DNA from: Candidatus Levyibacteriota bacterium
GTDB taxonomy: Bacteria > Patescibacteriota > Microgenomatia > Levybacterales > UBA12049
NCBI GenBank assembly: GCA_016186625.1
Contig: JACPLG010000008.1
Span: 80,689 to 144,688, forward strand
Length of the DNA: 64,000 nucleotides
Direction of reading: 5' to 3'
The position numbers and the translations under genes are program-made. The notes beneath the pieces were generated by a model. The model was not told the origin of the DNA. It searched no databases and saw nothing but the letters and a program-made list of their open reading frames with translations. Every line of letters starts with the position of its first letter. Position 1 is the first letter of the stretch. Shown piece by piece: positions 1-9,558 of the stretch.

Positions 1-8
1 GAGGTGGT

Positions 9-305
9 ATGCCAACAGAGGGACGCAGCACTAGATCGGAATATTTTGTGAAAGGTACAGAGCCAACAAGCGAATCCGGGGTTTATAAGAAAAAGGATGA
101 TAAAGTTTACATTTGGCTCCGTGAATCCGATCCCGTCTCAACCGACGGAAAAAATAGATGGCAGGAAGGAATAGACAAATGGATTGAGGAAGTGCATAAA
201 GATGACCCACTATATCATCCGCCCGGAGAAGTTATTAATCCTCCAAGTAGTAGTTCGGAGACTCCAACGCCAAGTCCCACCACTTCCCCCACGCCCGGGG
301 TGTAA
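9..305 (+). CDS. C-terminal part of a hypothetical secreted protein with a Pro/Thr/Ser-rich tail (the ORF probably starts upstream of the window)
   Basis: Open frame from the window edge; ends in TPTPSPTTSPTPGV, a linker typical of surface proteins here. No recognisable catalytic motif. Confidence 0.3.
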   Translation: MPTEGRSTRSEYFVKGTEPTSESGVYKKKDDKVYIWLRESDPVSTDGKNRWQEGIDKWIEEVHKDDPLYHPPGEVINPPSSSSETPTPSPTTSPTPGV

Positions 306-338
306 AGCTAAAACCACACCCGGGGTGGAATAGGGTGG
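303..338. repeat. Partial copy of REP-2 family (ACACCCGGGGTGGAAT...)
   Basis: Resembles TTTACACCCCGGGTGTGGATTTA repeats at 13318, 22176, 37848, 38588, 52316, 52824. Confidence 0.35.
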
Positions 339-344
339 AATATT

Positions 345-2411
345 TTATTTTACTCTTGCGTTAAACTTTGAGGAAATTGCACTGATTACTTGTTCTCTAA
401 TTTCTGAAACTTCTTTGCTTGTTAAATTTCTATCTTCAGCTTGATAAATAATGTGAAAAGTTCTGGCATTTTCAAACTGGTCCTTAAGCTTCACTTCTCT
501 TATCAAAAAACTCTGAAGAGATATCTCCTCAATAACATCTTGAGTTGAAACTGCCTCATCCAAAACAAAAGTAATATCCTCAAAAACTGCCGGAAATTTT
601 GCCAGAGGTTTGTAAACTTTTTTATTGGTTGCGTTTTTAAGCAAGATTTCAAAGTTAATTTCAAAATCTATGAGATTGCTATTTAGAATTTCAATATATC
701 CGACATTTTCGTTTTCAATTGAGATTTCTGCTCCTCCTTCTACTCTATTTTTAACTTTGTAATTTTTTATCTCCAAATCGTCAAATAGGGCTTCGATTAG
801 TCCTTTTACTTCAAAGAAAGAGACTCCCGTTTTTTTAATAAGTCCGGCAAGAGTTAACTTTTCTTTAGGCAGGTTTTGCCCTGAGCCGATTCGGTCTGAG
901 CGGGTTCGACGTCCTGAGCTCACCGTCGAAGGACTCACGGTCGAATGACTTGTCGAACGGGCTTTTTGACTTTTATGATAGGTATTGGCAAGTTCAAAGA
1001 TTTTGATAATTTCTTTTGCCTTATTGTTCTCAGCTACCTCGAGAAGGCTTGGAACAAGAGTATTTCGAAGATATACCATATCCGAAGTTAATGGATTTTT
1101 AAGCTTAATGGCATTATTAATTGGACCGTCAAATAAATCCTCAGAAACCAGGGAATATGTGTAAACCTCAGTGTATCCCCAGTATTTAAGTGCGCTTTTA
1201 ATTCTATCTTCCCAGTAGAAATTGTTGGCATATGGAATCGTTTTGTCACTTAAGAAAGATGGGATAATACTTGGTATCCTATGGTACCCATAAATTCTTG
1301 CTATTTCTTCAATGATGTCTTCTTCTATTTTTATATCATTAATCCGTTCTGATGGAACCTCAACCTTAAAAAAACCTAAATGAGCGCTGACTTTAAAACC
1401 AAGTTTTTGAAGAATTTCAGTTGCGATATTTGGATTTATCCCAACTCCAATTATCTTGTTAATCTTCTCAAGAGAAACCTTTACAGTTTGAGTTTTTGGT
1501 TTGTTAGGATAAACATCCAGGATTTTTGAGACAACTTTTCCCTGTGCAATTTGCTGATAAAGTTCAATTCCTCTTTTTAGCGCAAGTTCCATAAACTCCG
1601 GATCCACTCCCTTTTCGTTAACAATGGCCGCTTCAGTTCTAATTCCAAGACTCATTGAAGTTTGTCTGATACGATCGGGATTATTATTATCAAGAAAAAA
1701 TAGTATTCTTTTGGTTTTTTCATTAACAACAGAATTTGCTGTTCCCATAATTCCCAAAAGGTCGATTATTTCCCCTTCCCCATTGTCAGCAACTATATCT
1801 CCACCCAGTAATCGATACTCTTTCCCATCCAAAGTTGTAATAATTTCTCCTTTTTTTGACCCTCTTATTATCATCTCTTTAGTGTTTAATAAATCGTAGT
1901 CAAACACATGAGCGGGGTGGCCAATTTCGCGCATTACATAATTTGTGACATCAACCAGATTATTAAGACTTCTTATTCCGGAAAGTTCCAGACGATTGGC
2001 AATTTCTTTTGGGCTTTTGCCAATATTAACTTCCAAGACCACAGCCATAATTCTATTTACCAGTTTTGGGTCATTTTTGATTTCAATCGGGAAAGAAATA
2101 TCTCCTTCCGCAACTTTTGGTGTTTTTGGCGGAATGTATTTTGCCGCAATTCCATTCCCTGAAAGTGAAGCCGTTGCCTCTTTTGCAATTCCTGCAACAG
2201 ACATTAAATCCGGCCTGTTGGTTGTAACCTCGATATCATAAGTGTAATCATCTCCAGCTTTCCCGCCTGCAACGCCTGCGCTAGCATAGCGGGCAGGTTC
2301 TGTCTGCCCTACCGAAACAGAAGTCAGGGAAAGTTGCCGGGCAATTTCTGAGGCACTTGCTTTTGTTTCCAAAAATTCTCTTAACCAAGAGTCAACGATT
2401 TTTATTTGCAT
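345..2411 (-). CDS. pheT: Phenylalanine--tRNA ligase beta subunit
   Basis: 688 aa; N-terminal MQIKIVDSWLREFLE..., B3/B4 and B5-like regions, C-terminal FDX-ACB-like domain. Directly downstream of pheS on the same strand. ATG start at 2409-2411. Confidence 0.9.
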   Translation of the reverse strand: MQIKIVDSWLREFLETKASASEIARQLSLTSVSVGQTEPARYASAGVAGGKAGDDYTYDIEVTTNRPDLMSVAGIAKEATASLSGNGIAAKYIPPKTPKVAEGDISFPIEIKNDPKLVNRIMAVVLEVNIGKSPKEIANRLELSGIRSLNNLVDVTNYVMREIGHPAHVFDYDLLNTKEMIIRGSKKGEIITTLDGKEYRLLGGDIVADNGEGEIIDLLGIMGTANSVVNEKTKRILFFLDNNNPDRIRQTSMSLGIRTEAAIVNEKGVDPEFMELALKRGIELYQQIAQGKVVSKILDVYPNKPKTQTVKVSLEKINKIIGVGINPNIATEILQKLGFKVSAHLGFFKVEVPSERINDIKIEEDIIEEIARIYGYHRIPSIIPSFLSDKTIPYANNFYWEDRIKSALKYWGYTEVYTYSLVSEDLFDGPINNAIKLKNPLTSDMVYLRNTLVPSLLEVAENNKAKEIIKIFELANTYHKSQKARSTSHSTVSPSTVSSGRRTRSDRIGSGQNLPKEKLTLAGLIKKTGVSFFEVKGLIEALFDDLEIKNYKVKNRVEGGAEISIENENVGYIEILNSNLIDFEINFEILLKNATNKKVYKPLAKFPAVFEDITFVLDEAVSTQDVIEEISLQSFLIREVKLKDQFENARTFHIIYQAEDRNLTSKEVSEIREQVISAISSKFNARVK
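895..962. repeat. MITE-like TCGAA/CCTGAG-rich repeat inserted in-frame in pheT
   Basis: gttcgacgtcctgagctcaccgtcgaaggactcacggtcgaatgacttgtcgaacggg shares GTCGAATGACTTGTCGAA with the element at 32565-32596. Translated as the low-complexity peptide ARSTSHSTVSPSTVSSGRRTRSDRIGSGQ in a PheT linker. Confidence 0.45.
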
Positions 2412-2475
2412 ACGCTCATGTCATTCTGAGGCTTGCCGAAGAATCTTAAGATCCTTCACTTCGTTCAGGATGACA
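2412..2475. repeat. Related short palindromic repeat in the pheS-pheT spacer
   Basis: atgtcattctgagg...cttcacttcgttcaggatgacat; inverted repeat; shares the CACTTCGTTC motif with the element next to tRNA-His. Confidence 0.3.
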
Positions 2476-3510
2476 TTAAAATTGCTCGAGAAATTCTAAT
2501 TTATTTGAATAGAGTAAGCGCAAATCATCAATTTCGATCCCTTCTTTCATCATTAGAACTCGCTCAACCCCCCAACCGAATGCGAATCCGTTGTGTTTTT
2601 CCGGATCAATCTTGCAGTTTCTTAGAACTTGAGGATGAACCATCCCCGCTCCTCCCAATTCAAGCCAGCCTTCTTTGCAGAGCTTACAGCCCCGGCCTAA
2701 ACAAACACCGCATGTTACATCCACTTCAAAAGATGGTTCGGTAAACTCAAAATGATAAGGTCTTATTCTTGATTTTCGTTCTTCTCCAAAATATGTTTTA
2801 ACAAAATATTCTAGTACTCCCTTAAGGTTTGAGATCGATAAACTAGTATTAACAGCTAATCCTTCAAACTGGTGAAACATTGGGGTATGCGAAACATCAG
2901 ACTGTCTCCTGTAACACCTAGCGATATTTAGCATTTTAATAGGAAGCTTTCCTTTTTCCATCTCTCTAATTTGACCATTTGATGTGTGTGGAGTTAAAAG
3001 CATTGGCCCATATTTTGGATGAGGGGGTGCATCTATGAAAAAGGTTTCCCAGTCATCCCTAGCAGGATGATTTTCCGAAAAGTTGAGAGCTCCGAAGGGG
3101 TACCAGTCCCATTCCACTTCAGGATAGCGGACTCGCCCAAATCCTATTTTTTCAAAAATTGATGTTATTTCCCAAATTGCCTGAGTGATGAGATGTAAGT
3201 GTCCAAGGGGAGGCCTTATTCCCGGGTCGGTTACATCAATTTTTTTGATTCTTTTCCCTAATTCTTGATTCTTAATTCTTACTTCTTGTTCGATAATGGC
3301 ACTTTCAATTGATTCCTTAACTTCATTTGCTAAGATTCCCACCTCTCTTCTTTTCTCAGGATTTATTTTTGGAAGGCGTTTTATAACAAGAGTTAACTGG
3401 CCGCTTTTTCCCAAAAATTGCAGTTTAATATGTTCAAGTTCGTCCGGGTCCTTAGCGTCCAAAATAAGTGACACCGCATTATTTTTGATATTGATGAGTT
3501 CATTTTCCAT
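2476..3510 (-). CDS. pheS: Phenylalanine--tRNA ligase alpha subunit
   Basis: 344 aa; class II aaRS motifs (FRPSYFPFTEPS-like EFTEPSFEVDV, GWAFGLGLERL-like GFAFGWGVERV). ATG start. Confidence 0.9.
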   Translation of the reverse strand: MENELINIKNNAVSLILDAKDPDELEHIKLQFLGKSGQLTLVIKRLPKINPEKRREVGILANEVKESIESAIIEQEVRIKNQELGKRIKKIDVTDPGIRPPLGHLHLITQAIWEITSIFEKIGFGRVRYPEVEWDWYPFGALNFSENHPARDDWETFFIDAPPHPKYGPMLLTPHTSNGQIREMEKGKLPIKMLNIARCYRRQSDVSHTPMFHQFEGLAVNTSLSISNLKGVLEYFVKTYFGEERKSRIRPYHFEFTEPSFEVDVTCGVCLGRGCKLCKEGWLELGGAGMVHPQVLRNCKIDPEKHNGFAFGWGVERVLMMKEGIEIDDLRLLYSNKLEFLEQF

Positions 3511-3628
3511 GATGTTTTAAGGATATCAAATTTAAAGCCAAAATGCAGTCTGCCTGTTTTATAAACATTGTCAGAGCTTGACAAGTGTTTGTGGAAAATG
3601 ATTAGCTAATATCAGATAAGAATTTATT

Positions 3629-5860
3629 ATGCCCGATAATCAGGAGCAAATTGTTGTAAAAGAAAAATCAGGATTTATAAGAAGGGTTCTTGGACCAATT
3701 TTATCCCCCTTTGATAAGCTTTTTAGTATGCTTCCCAAGGATAAACGAAAACTAACACTCCTAATTATTACCCTGGCAATTCCCATAACTGTAATAGCTG
3801 CTCTTATTCAGCAGGAGCTAAGGGGAAGAGCTGCTGGAGAAAGACAGCTCATCATGGGAATGTCTAACAGAGGTGGTTATAGTAGTAAGGATGTTAATGT
3901 TCAAGGAATTAAAGAAGCAATAGAAACAATCAGGAGAGAAACAGGACGATATCCTGCCATTTATCCATTATGGGTAAATTTTGAAGAAAGTCCAGGAAGT
4001 GGTGACCCGAGAGCCTCTTTCCCTAGTAAAGAAATTACAGATTATTTAGATGCCAGAGGTATTGCTGTTGCTATTTTTATGCAGCCCGTTGGCCCTGGGA
4101 TTGGCAGAAATGACGGAAGGTTTATTTTCTCCTCTAATACCTCTTCGTCAGTACCAAATGGCCAGATTAAGTTTGATTCTTCAAATCCCTCAAGTATAAC
4201 AAGGATATATGTAAGTAAAACTTCTTCAGGCACTGAAAATCCTGCAGGGCTTGCTAATACCTGGGTTCCTGGCGCAAAGGCTTCTGTGTTCGGCTCTGAT
4301 TCAAGTGGGAATGTAGCCTATACTGATTCAAATTTTTTTGGTTTCACTGTTAACTCTAAGGCAGACAGCGGGACTTTCTGGACGCTCGGAGTAACTGTAA
4401 ATAGAGCTGGTAGTTTGTCCGGTATTTTTTCAAACGGAAGGCCTGTCTTCATTACGATGGCCGATACTTTTGCCAAAAAATACAGCAATCAATCAATCGC
4501 AAACGGATCGTTTGATCCATTTCTGCGGCAACTTGCACAGGCTGCAAGATCGTATGGGAAACCTGTTCTTCTTAGATATGCTCATGAAATGAATGCACAT
4601 TGGTTCCCATGGACAGTTGGACAACCAGACCCAAAAAAAAGTTATGGAAGATACGTGTATTTTAATCAGGGAAATACGCCTTCGAATTATGTAGCAGCAT
4701 GGAGACGTGTTTATACAGTTATAAAATTGGAAGCTCCGAATGTTAAATTATTCTGGGTTCCATCAAGAGTGGCTCCGACAAAACTTGATATATATGATGG
4801 TTTTTACCCCGGGAATAACTACGTTGATTATGTAGGGTTTGATGCTTATAGCGGTCTAGGCGGAAATAACCCTAAGAACTATATTTCTATGTATGACTCC
4901 TACAAAAGAGTTATGGAAAAGGTACTACAGCTTTCAAATAACAGAAAACCTGTTTTTATAGGTGAAACTGGAGTCAATTCTATAAATGTACCAAGCGGTT
5001 TTAGTAGAGCGGATTGGGTGAGGCGAGGATATAATGATGCATATAACGCATGGCCCAAGCTCGCAGGAATTATTTATTTCAACTTTGATATGAGAGATAC
5101 TGAGAACAATAACTGGTTATTATCTGCTTCTCCCGAAGCGTTGTCAGCATATAGAGATATAGCTTCAAGAGCCAAGTTTCAGGGTAAATTTGAGGAAGGA
5201 TCCACACCAACACCAACCCCAGTCCTTCCAACAGTTCCGCCAATTATAGTATCGCCTACCCCATCCCTAGGTATTTCAGCCTTCATAGAGTCAGGTGGAA
5301 GTGTGGTTATGGAAGCTGAGAATAATGACAAAAGATTTAATAGAGGCAATTATAGGTGGGCAGGTGCGGCACCGGATACTCCACTCACAGCAACCTCTGG
5401 ATATGTGAACGAAGGAACTAGAAAAGGATACACAGCAGTAAGACCAAATGATGATAAAGTAACTTATTTTGAAGGAGGATATAAAAAGGGTCCTGAAGTG
5501 GTGTATAACATTAATTTCTCTTCAACTGGAACATATTATGTTTACATGAGAAGCTCAGGTCCTGATAGCAAATCAGACTCAGCTCACTATGGTCTTGATG
5601 GCGCCTATGATGGCACTATAGCCTTATATTATAGAGGGGAGGGGGGTGCTTCAACTAATTGGCAGTGGAAAGGAAATAATAATGATGGAACAAAAGCTAG
5701 AATTAGAGTTACTACTCCTGGAATTCATACGTTCCATATATACATGCGAGAAGACGGGACACAAATCGATAGAATTCGACTTTTTAAAAATTCTTCCTGG
5801 ACTCCATCACCAGGTCCTGCTGCAGATGGTCCTTCAGAAAGTCTAAGAGGGAAATTCTAG
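3629..5860 (+). CDS. Membrane-anchored glycoside hydrolase family 26-like protein with PT-linker and C-terminal beta-sandwich (CBM-like) domain
   Basis: N-terminal TM helix; LLRYAHEMNAHWFPW matches the GH26 acid/base signature (AHEMN..W..W); FIGETGVNS matches the nucleophile GE.G region; TPTPTPVLPTVPP linker. Confidence 0.55.
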   Translation: MPDNQEQIVVKEKSGFIRRVLGPILSPFDKLFSMLPKDKRKLTLLIITLAIPITVIAALIQQELRGRAAGERQLIMGMSNRGGYSSKDVNVQGIKEAIETIRRETGRYPAIYPLWVNFEESPGSGDPRASFPSKEITDYLDARGIAVAIFMQPVGPGIGRNDGRFIFSSNTSSSVPNGQIKFDSSNPSSITRIYVSKTSSGTENPAGLANTWVPGAKASVFGSDSSGNVAYTDSNFFGFTVNSKADSGTFWTLGVTVNRAGSLSGIFSNGRPVFITMADTFAKKYSNQSIANGSFDPFLRQLAQAARSYGKPVLLRYAHEMNAHWFPWTVGQPDPKKSYGRYVYFNQGNTPSNYVAAWRRVYTVIKLEAPNVKLFWVPSRVAPTKLDIYDGFYPGNNYVDYVGFDAYSGLGGNNPKNYISMYDSYKRVMEKVLQLSNNRKPVFIGETGVNSINVPSGFSRADWVRRGYNDAYNAWPKLAGIIYFNFDMRDTENNNWLLSASPEALSAYRDIASRAKFQGKFEEGSTPTPTPVLPTVPPIIVSPTPSLGISAFIESGGSVVMEAENNDKRFNRGNYRWAGAAPDTPLTATSGYVNEGTRKGYTAVRPNDDKVTYFEGGYKKGPEVVYNINFSSTGTYYVYMRSSGPDSKSDSAHYGLDGAYDGTIALYYRGEGGASTNWQWKGNNNDGTKARIRVTTPGIHTFHIYMREDGTQIDRIRLFKNSSWTPSPGPAADGPSESLRGKF

Positions 5861-5922
5861 CAAGTACCACACATATTGACTTTACTTTCTTATTAATTCT
5901 ATGATCAAATCAGGCAACTTAT

Positions 5923-8900
5923 ATGTCTTATTATTATAAGTTCAATAACCGTCTTGAAGAAGTAAAAAGCAGATCTCAAAAACTCACCAAACTCCTCAAA
6001 AAAAATAAAAAATCCATAATTGCCGTTTTGATTTTAATTGTTTTTCCTGTCTTTGTTATTGCATCTCAGCAGAGACAAGAGACAAGACAATTCGCATCGG
6101 AAAAAAATAAAGAAGAGAAAACTCCTCCACCTTCCCCAAAAGGATATATTGTAGAATTTAGTTCTTCTCCTGCAATTGCTGTTTCATCGGATGAAGAGGA
6201 TGAGGATGAAGATGAAGATAAATTAGACAAAACACTCCTAGAATCTTCCTATGAGTCTAATAAAAATAAAGTTATTGCGGAGCACCAACGCGCAAAAAGT
6301 GATGTTCTTGAAAAAATTGGAAAGAAATCATTTGATTTATCCAAAAGTAAGAAGGGTGATAAAAAAGTTGTACTTCTGTCAGAGTTTCGAAGTATTTTTA
6401 ACGGTATAGCTATTGATGCAGACGAAGAAGATATTGAGAAAATAAAAAAATCCTCATATGTAAAAGCAGTTTATCCAAATCTGGCAGTTGAAACAACACT
6501 AATGGATTCTATCCCTCTAATAAAGGCAGATAAGGTCTGGCAGGATGTTTTAGACTCAACAGGTGCTCCTGTGACTGGGAAAGGAGTAAATGTGGTAATT
6601 TTGGATAGCGGGATAGATTATACGCATGTTGATTTAGGTGGGACAGTTATTGAGGAGAGGCCTCTTGAGAAAATCAGCAATAAACCGATTATCAATTCGT
6701 ATAATACTGACTCTGCATTTTCATATAATCAAAATAGAATTGCCTATGCCTCAGGAGCGGACCAGGTGACAATTTACTCCTTTGATACCAAAAGCAGCGA
6801 AGACGTTAGTTTGGGGACTTCTGATATAACAGATCCATCTCTTCGCTTGGTTCTTCTTGCCGCAGATGAGCTTTTTTACATAAGCGGTTCTTTTAAAGTT
6901 GTTAACTTGTACCTGAAAAATCTTTCAAGTGGGCAGGTAAAGAAAATTGCCAACTTAGTTCAGGTAGACCAACAGGGTCAGGAAGACCTTGCGCTCATTT
7001 CAGGAATTGCTAGTAAATTTACATTTTCCGCCGATAAGCTATACTATGAGCGCCAGACAGGAGCTGTGGATGGTAATAAAAATATTCTTTACGCTCTCTT
7101 TGCCTATGATTTGTCAACGGGACAGGAGACAAAAATCCTGGATGATTCACCCTACGTGAGATTTGCAAAAGCTTCGGAGAATAAGCTTGTTTATTCCGTC
7201 TATGATCCTCAAGCGGCAAACTTCACAAAAAATGTAGTTAGAGATTTAGACACAGGGGAAGAAGAAGATATTATTTTTCCTGGAGTCGGGCCTGCAATTG
7301 ATTTTAAAAATAATTTAATTTTGTCTAAATCTTATGGTTCTTCTAGGACTTATGATTTATATAATATTGAAACAAAAGAGCAAAGAAAGCTTGTCTTTGA
7401 CGATTCAGAATCCGCACAGATTAATTCTCCAAACATAAACGATCTTTATTATAAACTCCCCAAAGGGCTAATTGGAGATAATGTTATTTTCTTTGAAAGA
7501 AACGACTTAACCTATCAGATAGTTGCTTTTGATTTACAAAAAAATAAGTATTCAATTATAAATCTTAAAACTTTCTCGGGGAAAGTTGCGGGTGATGGTA
7601 AAAAAGTATGTTTTGCCGCAAAATTAGATTTTGAAATTTATTGTCACAACTTCGATACTGAGTTTGCCTACCCATTACCGTCCCAAACCTATAATGAAAA
7701 AGTAAAAGGAGGAATTAATTTTTTTGATTCCGGAAAGGACGGACTGGATGATCTGGGACATGGCACTAATGTAGCCGGAGTAGCAGCAGGTAGCGGCAGT
7801 TTAAAAGGAGCTGCCCCCGGCGCTTTCCTATATTCATATAAAGTTGTGTCTGGGGAAGGTTTTGGATATGTTGATAAAATAATTGCGGGTATTGATGCGG
7901 CTGTCCAAACTAATTTTGACCTAGATCCAACGAATGATATCAAAGTTATTAACATAAGCCTTGGAGCAACTTGCGCTGGAAAGTATTCCGATATTTGCGG
8001 GCCCGCTGACCCAATGTCACGCTCAGTTAATAATGCAGTAGGAAGTGGTCTTGTAGTTGTTGCTGGCGCCGGAAATGGCGGAGCATCTGGCGATCTAATT
8101 TCAAGCCCGGGAACAGCAAGAAGAGCAATAACGGTTGGAGCAATTGATAAATCTAAAAAAATTGCGCAGTTCAGCTCACGCGGTCCTGTTATTTGGAACG
8201 ATAAAGATCTTAAAAAACCGGATGTAGTTGCTCCCGGGGTAGAAATCTGCTCCGCTCAGCTGTTTTATATTTATCGTTCATTTTTCAGATGTTTTGATGA
8301 TAAACATATAAAACAATCAGGAACATCCATGTCAACTCCTCACGTCACAGGACTTGCGGCCTTAATTCTTCAGGCTCATCCAGACTGGAGTCCGGCCCAA
8401 GTTAAAAAAGCAATAAAAGATACCGCAGTGGATTTAGATTATAATTACAACAGACAAGGTGCAGGCTTAATTAACGGGACAAAACTTTTTAAGAAATATC
8501 CTCCAGCCACTCCTACCCCAACAGCCGCTCCAACACCTTCTTCAAGAAAAGTAAATTTATTTCCTACCGCTGATTCGTTTGTGAGAAAAGATAGGCCAAA
8601 AAGTAATTTTGGGACTCTTAAATATATTCAGACTGATTCCAGCCCTGATACAATTTCATTTATTAAATTTAATTTAAGAAGTCTTGCTGACAAAAATATA
8701 ATTTCGGCAAAGTTATATTTAAAAGTAGATGATCCAAGCCAAGCAACGCAGTCTCTAAAAAGAGGGGCAGGCAACAACTGGACACAGCGAAATATTAATT
8801 ACAACAACAAGCCTTCTTTTAATGCGACCATCACCACATTTAAGGCAAATAAAAGAAACAAAATTATAGAATTAGATTTAATAAATCTGGTTAGAAATAG

Positions 8901-9015
8901 GAAAGGAGAGGTAATTACCTTAGGAATTACCTCATCCGGCACAAACCCAGCAAAATACTATTCAGTAGAAGCCAATAGATCAAATAGGCCCAAACTTGAA
9001 GTAGAATATAATTAA
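5923..9015 (+). CDS. Large secreted subtilisin-like serine protease (peptidase S8) with I9-like propeptide, a ~350-aa beta-propeller-like insertion and a C-terminal beta-sandwich domain
   Basis: VVILDSGIDYTHVDL (Asp), GHGTNVAGVAAG (His), GAGNGG (oxyanion Asn), GTSMSTPHVTGLAAL (Ser). N-terminal TM; acidic DEEDEDEDED stretch; PPATPTPTAAPTPS linker. Confidence 0.7.
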   Translation: MSYYYKFNNRLEEVKSRSQKLTKLLKKNKKSIIAVLILIVFPVFVIASQQRQETRQFASEKNKEEKTPPPSPKGYIVEFSSSPAIAVSSDEEDEDEDEDKLDKTLLESSYESNKNKVIAEHQRAKSDVLEKIGKKSFDLSKSKKGDKKVVLLSEFRSIFNGIAIDADEEDIEKIKKSSYVKAVYPNLAVETTLMDSIPLIKADKVWQDVLDSTGAPVTGKGVNVVILDSGIDYTHVDLGGTVIEERPLEKISNKPIINSYNTDSAFSYNQNRIAYASGADQVTIYSFDTKSSEDVSLGTSDITDPSLRLVLLAADELFYISGSFKVVNLYLKNLSSGQVKKIANLVQVDQQGQEDLALISGIASKFTFSADKLYYERQTGAVDGNKNILYALFAYDLSTGQETKILDDSPYVRFAKASENKLVYSVYDPQAANFTKNVVRDLDTGEEEDIIFPGVGPAIDFKNNLILSKSYGSSRTYDLYNIETKEQRKLVFDDSESAQINSPNINDLYYKLPKGLIGDNVIFFERNDLTYQIVAFDLQKNKYSIINLKTFSGKVAGDGKKVCFAAKLDFEIYCHNFDTEFAYPLPSQTYNEKVKGGINFFDSGKDGLDDLGHGTNVAGVAAGSGSLKGAAPGAFLYSYKVVSGEGFGYVDKIIAGIDAAVQTNFDLDPTNDIKVINISLGATCAGKYSDICGPADPMSRSVNNAVGSGLVVVAGAGNGGASGDLISSPGTARRAITVGAIDKSKKIAQFSSRGPVIWNDKDLKKPDVVAPGVEICSAQLFYIYRSFFRCFDDKHIKQSGTSMSTPHVTGLAALILQAHPDWSPAQVKKAIKDTAVDLDYNYNRQGAGLINGTKLFKKYPPATPTPTAAPTPSSRKVNLFPTADSFVRKDRPKSNFGTLKYIQTDSSPDTISFIKFNLRSLADKNIISAKLYLKVDDPSQATQSLKRGAGNNWTQRNINYNNKPSFNATITTFKANKRNKIIELDLINLVRNRKGEVITLGITSSGTNPAKYYSVEANRSNRPKLEVEYN

Positions 9016-9028
9016 AATCTACCTAAAC

Positions 9029-9265
9029 CTAGCCCCGTTCTTTACCTCTCATGGTTCCGTTCCAATCTGTCCACGGCACATCAGTTCTAGGTGCTTCTTT
9101 GGTTTCTCGATCTGCCAAAGCGTCTCTATATGCTTTTCCTGCATCATAAACAGGGAAGACGTGTCTTGCACCTGTATGGTCCCTTACAACCTCTGTTCCA
9201 ACTGGTATCGATGCTGACAGTCCACTTTCATTAATTCCTCCTCCAATTGTTTGTCCTGTTTCCAT
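9029..9265 (-). CDS. Hypothetical small protein P1 (paralog of the ORF at 13544-13840)
   Basis: Internal ATG (METGQTIGGG...) preceded by SD AAGGGTGGTGA; TGARHVFPVYDAG and PWTDW motifs resemble RVGHAFAVDGG and PWTEH in P2. GC-richer than flanks. Confidence 0.35.
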   Translation of the reverse strand: METGQTIGGGINESGLSASIPVGTEVVRDHTGARHVFPVYDAGKAYRDALADRETKEAPRTDVPWTDWNGTMRGKERG

Positions 9266-9317
9266 AAATATCACCACCCTTTTGTACGGGTATACTAGTA
9301 TATCCGTAATAATATTC

Positions 9318-9347
9318 TTGTAGCTTTGCAAGGCCTGGCCTTGCAAA
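9318..9347. promoter_or_regulatory. 29-bp perfect palindrome AGCTTTGCAAGGCC-T-GGCCTTGCAAAGCT between leader hairpin and P1 RBS
   Basis: Read directly from the sequence; candidate operator or RNA hairpin. Confidence 0.35.
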
Positions 9348-9363
9348 GCTAATTTAAGACCAC

Positions 9364-9433
9364 AAAAAAACCTCCCGTTTGGGAGGCTTATTGCCGTTTC
9401 TTTTTTACAACAGCACCTTACCTCCCTAGATGG
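9364..9433 (-). promoter_or_regulatory. Conserved leader: intrinsic-terminator-like hairpin CCTCCCAAACGGGAGG + U-run preceded by GGGAGG-containing hairpin (possible attenuator)
   Basis: On the minus strand: ...CCCTCCATCTAGGGAGGTAAGG...GCCTCCCAAACGGGAGGTTTTTTT, ~80 nt upstream of the P1 start. Same architecture at 14477-14553. Confidence 0.4.
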
Positions 9434-9526
9434 AGGGTAAAGAAGAAATATACCGCTGTAACCCTATTCACTAAAATTATAATAGCAAACATCAAAATAA
9501 ATCGCAAGTGACTATCTTACACTTTA

Positions 9527-9551
9527 CCTTCCCACTTTCCATGTGGGAAGG
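9527..9551. repeat. REP-1 copy (CCTTCCCACTTTCCATGTGGGAAGG)
   Basis: Perfect hairpin palindrome; same family flanks RAYT at 31129-31776. Confidence 0.7.
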
Positions 9552-9558
9552 TAGATAC

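Noticed and set aside
2433-2744. 103-aa plus-strand ORF between pheS and pheT
   Set aside because: Antisense to the pheS 3' end and the intergenic repeat; pheS C-terminus (…NKLEFLEQF) is intact on the other strand.
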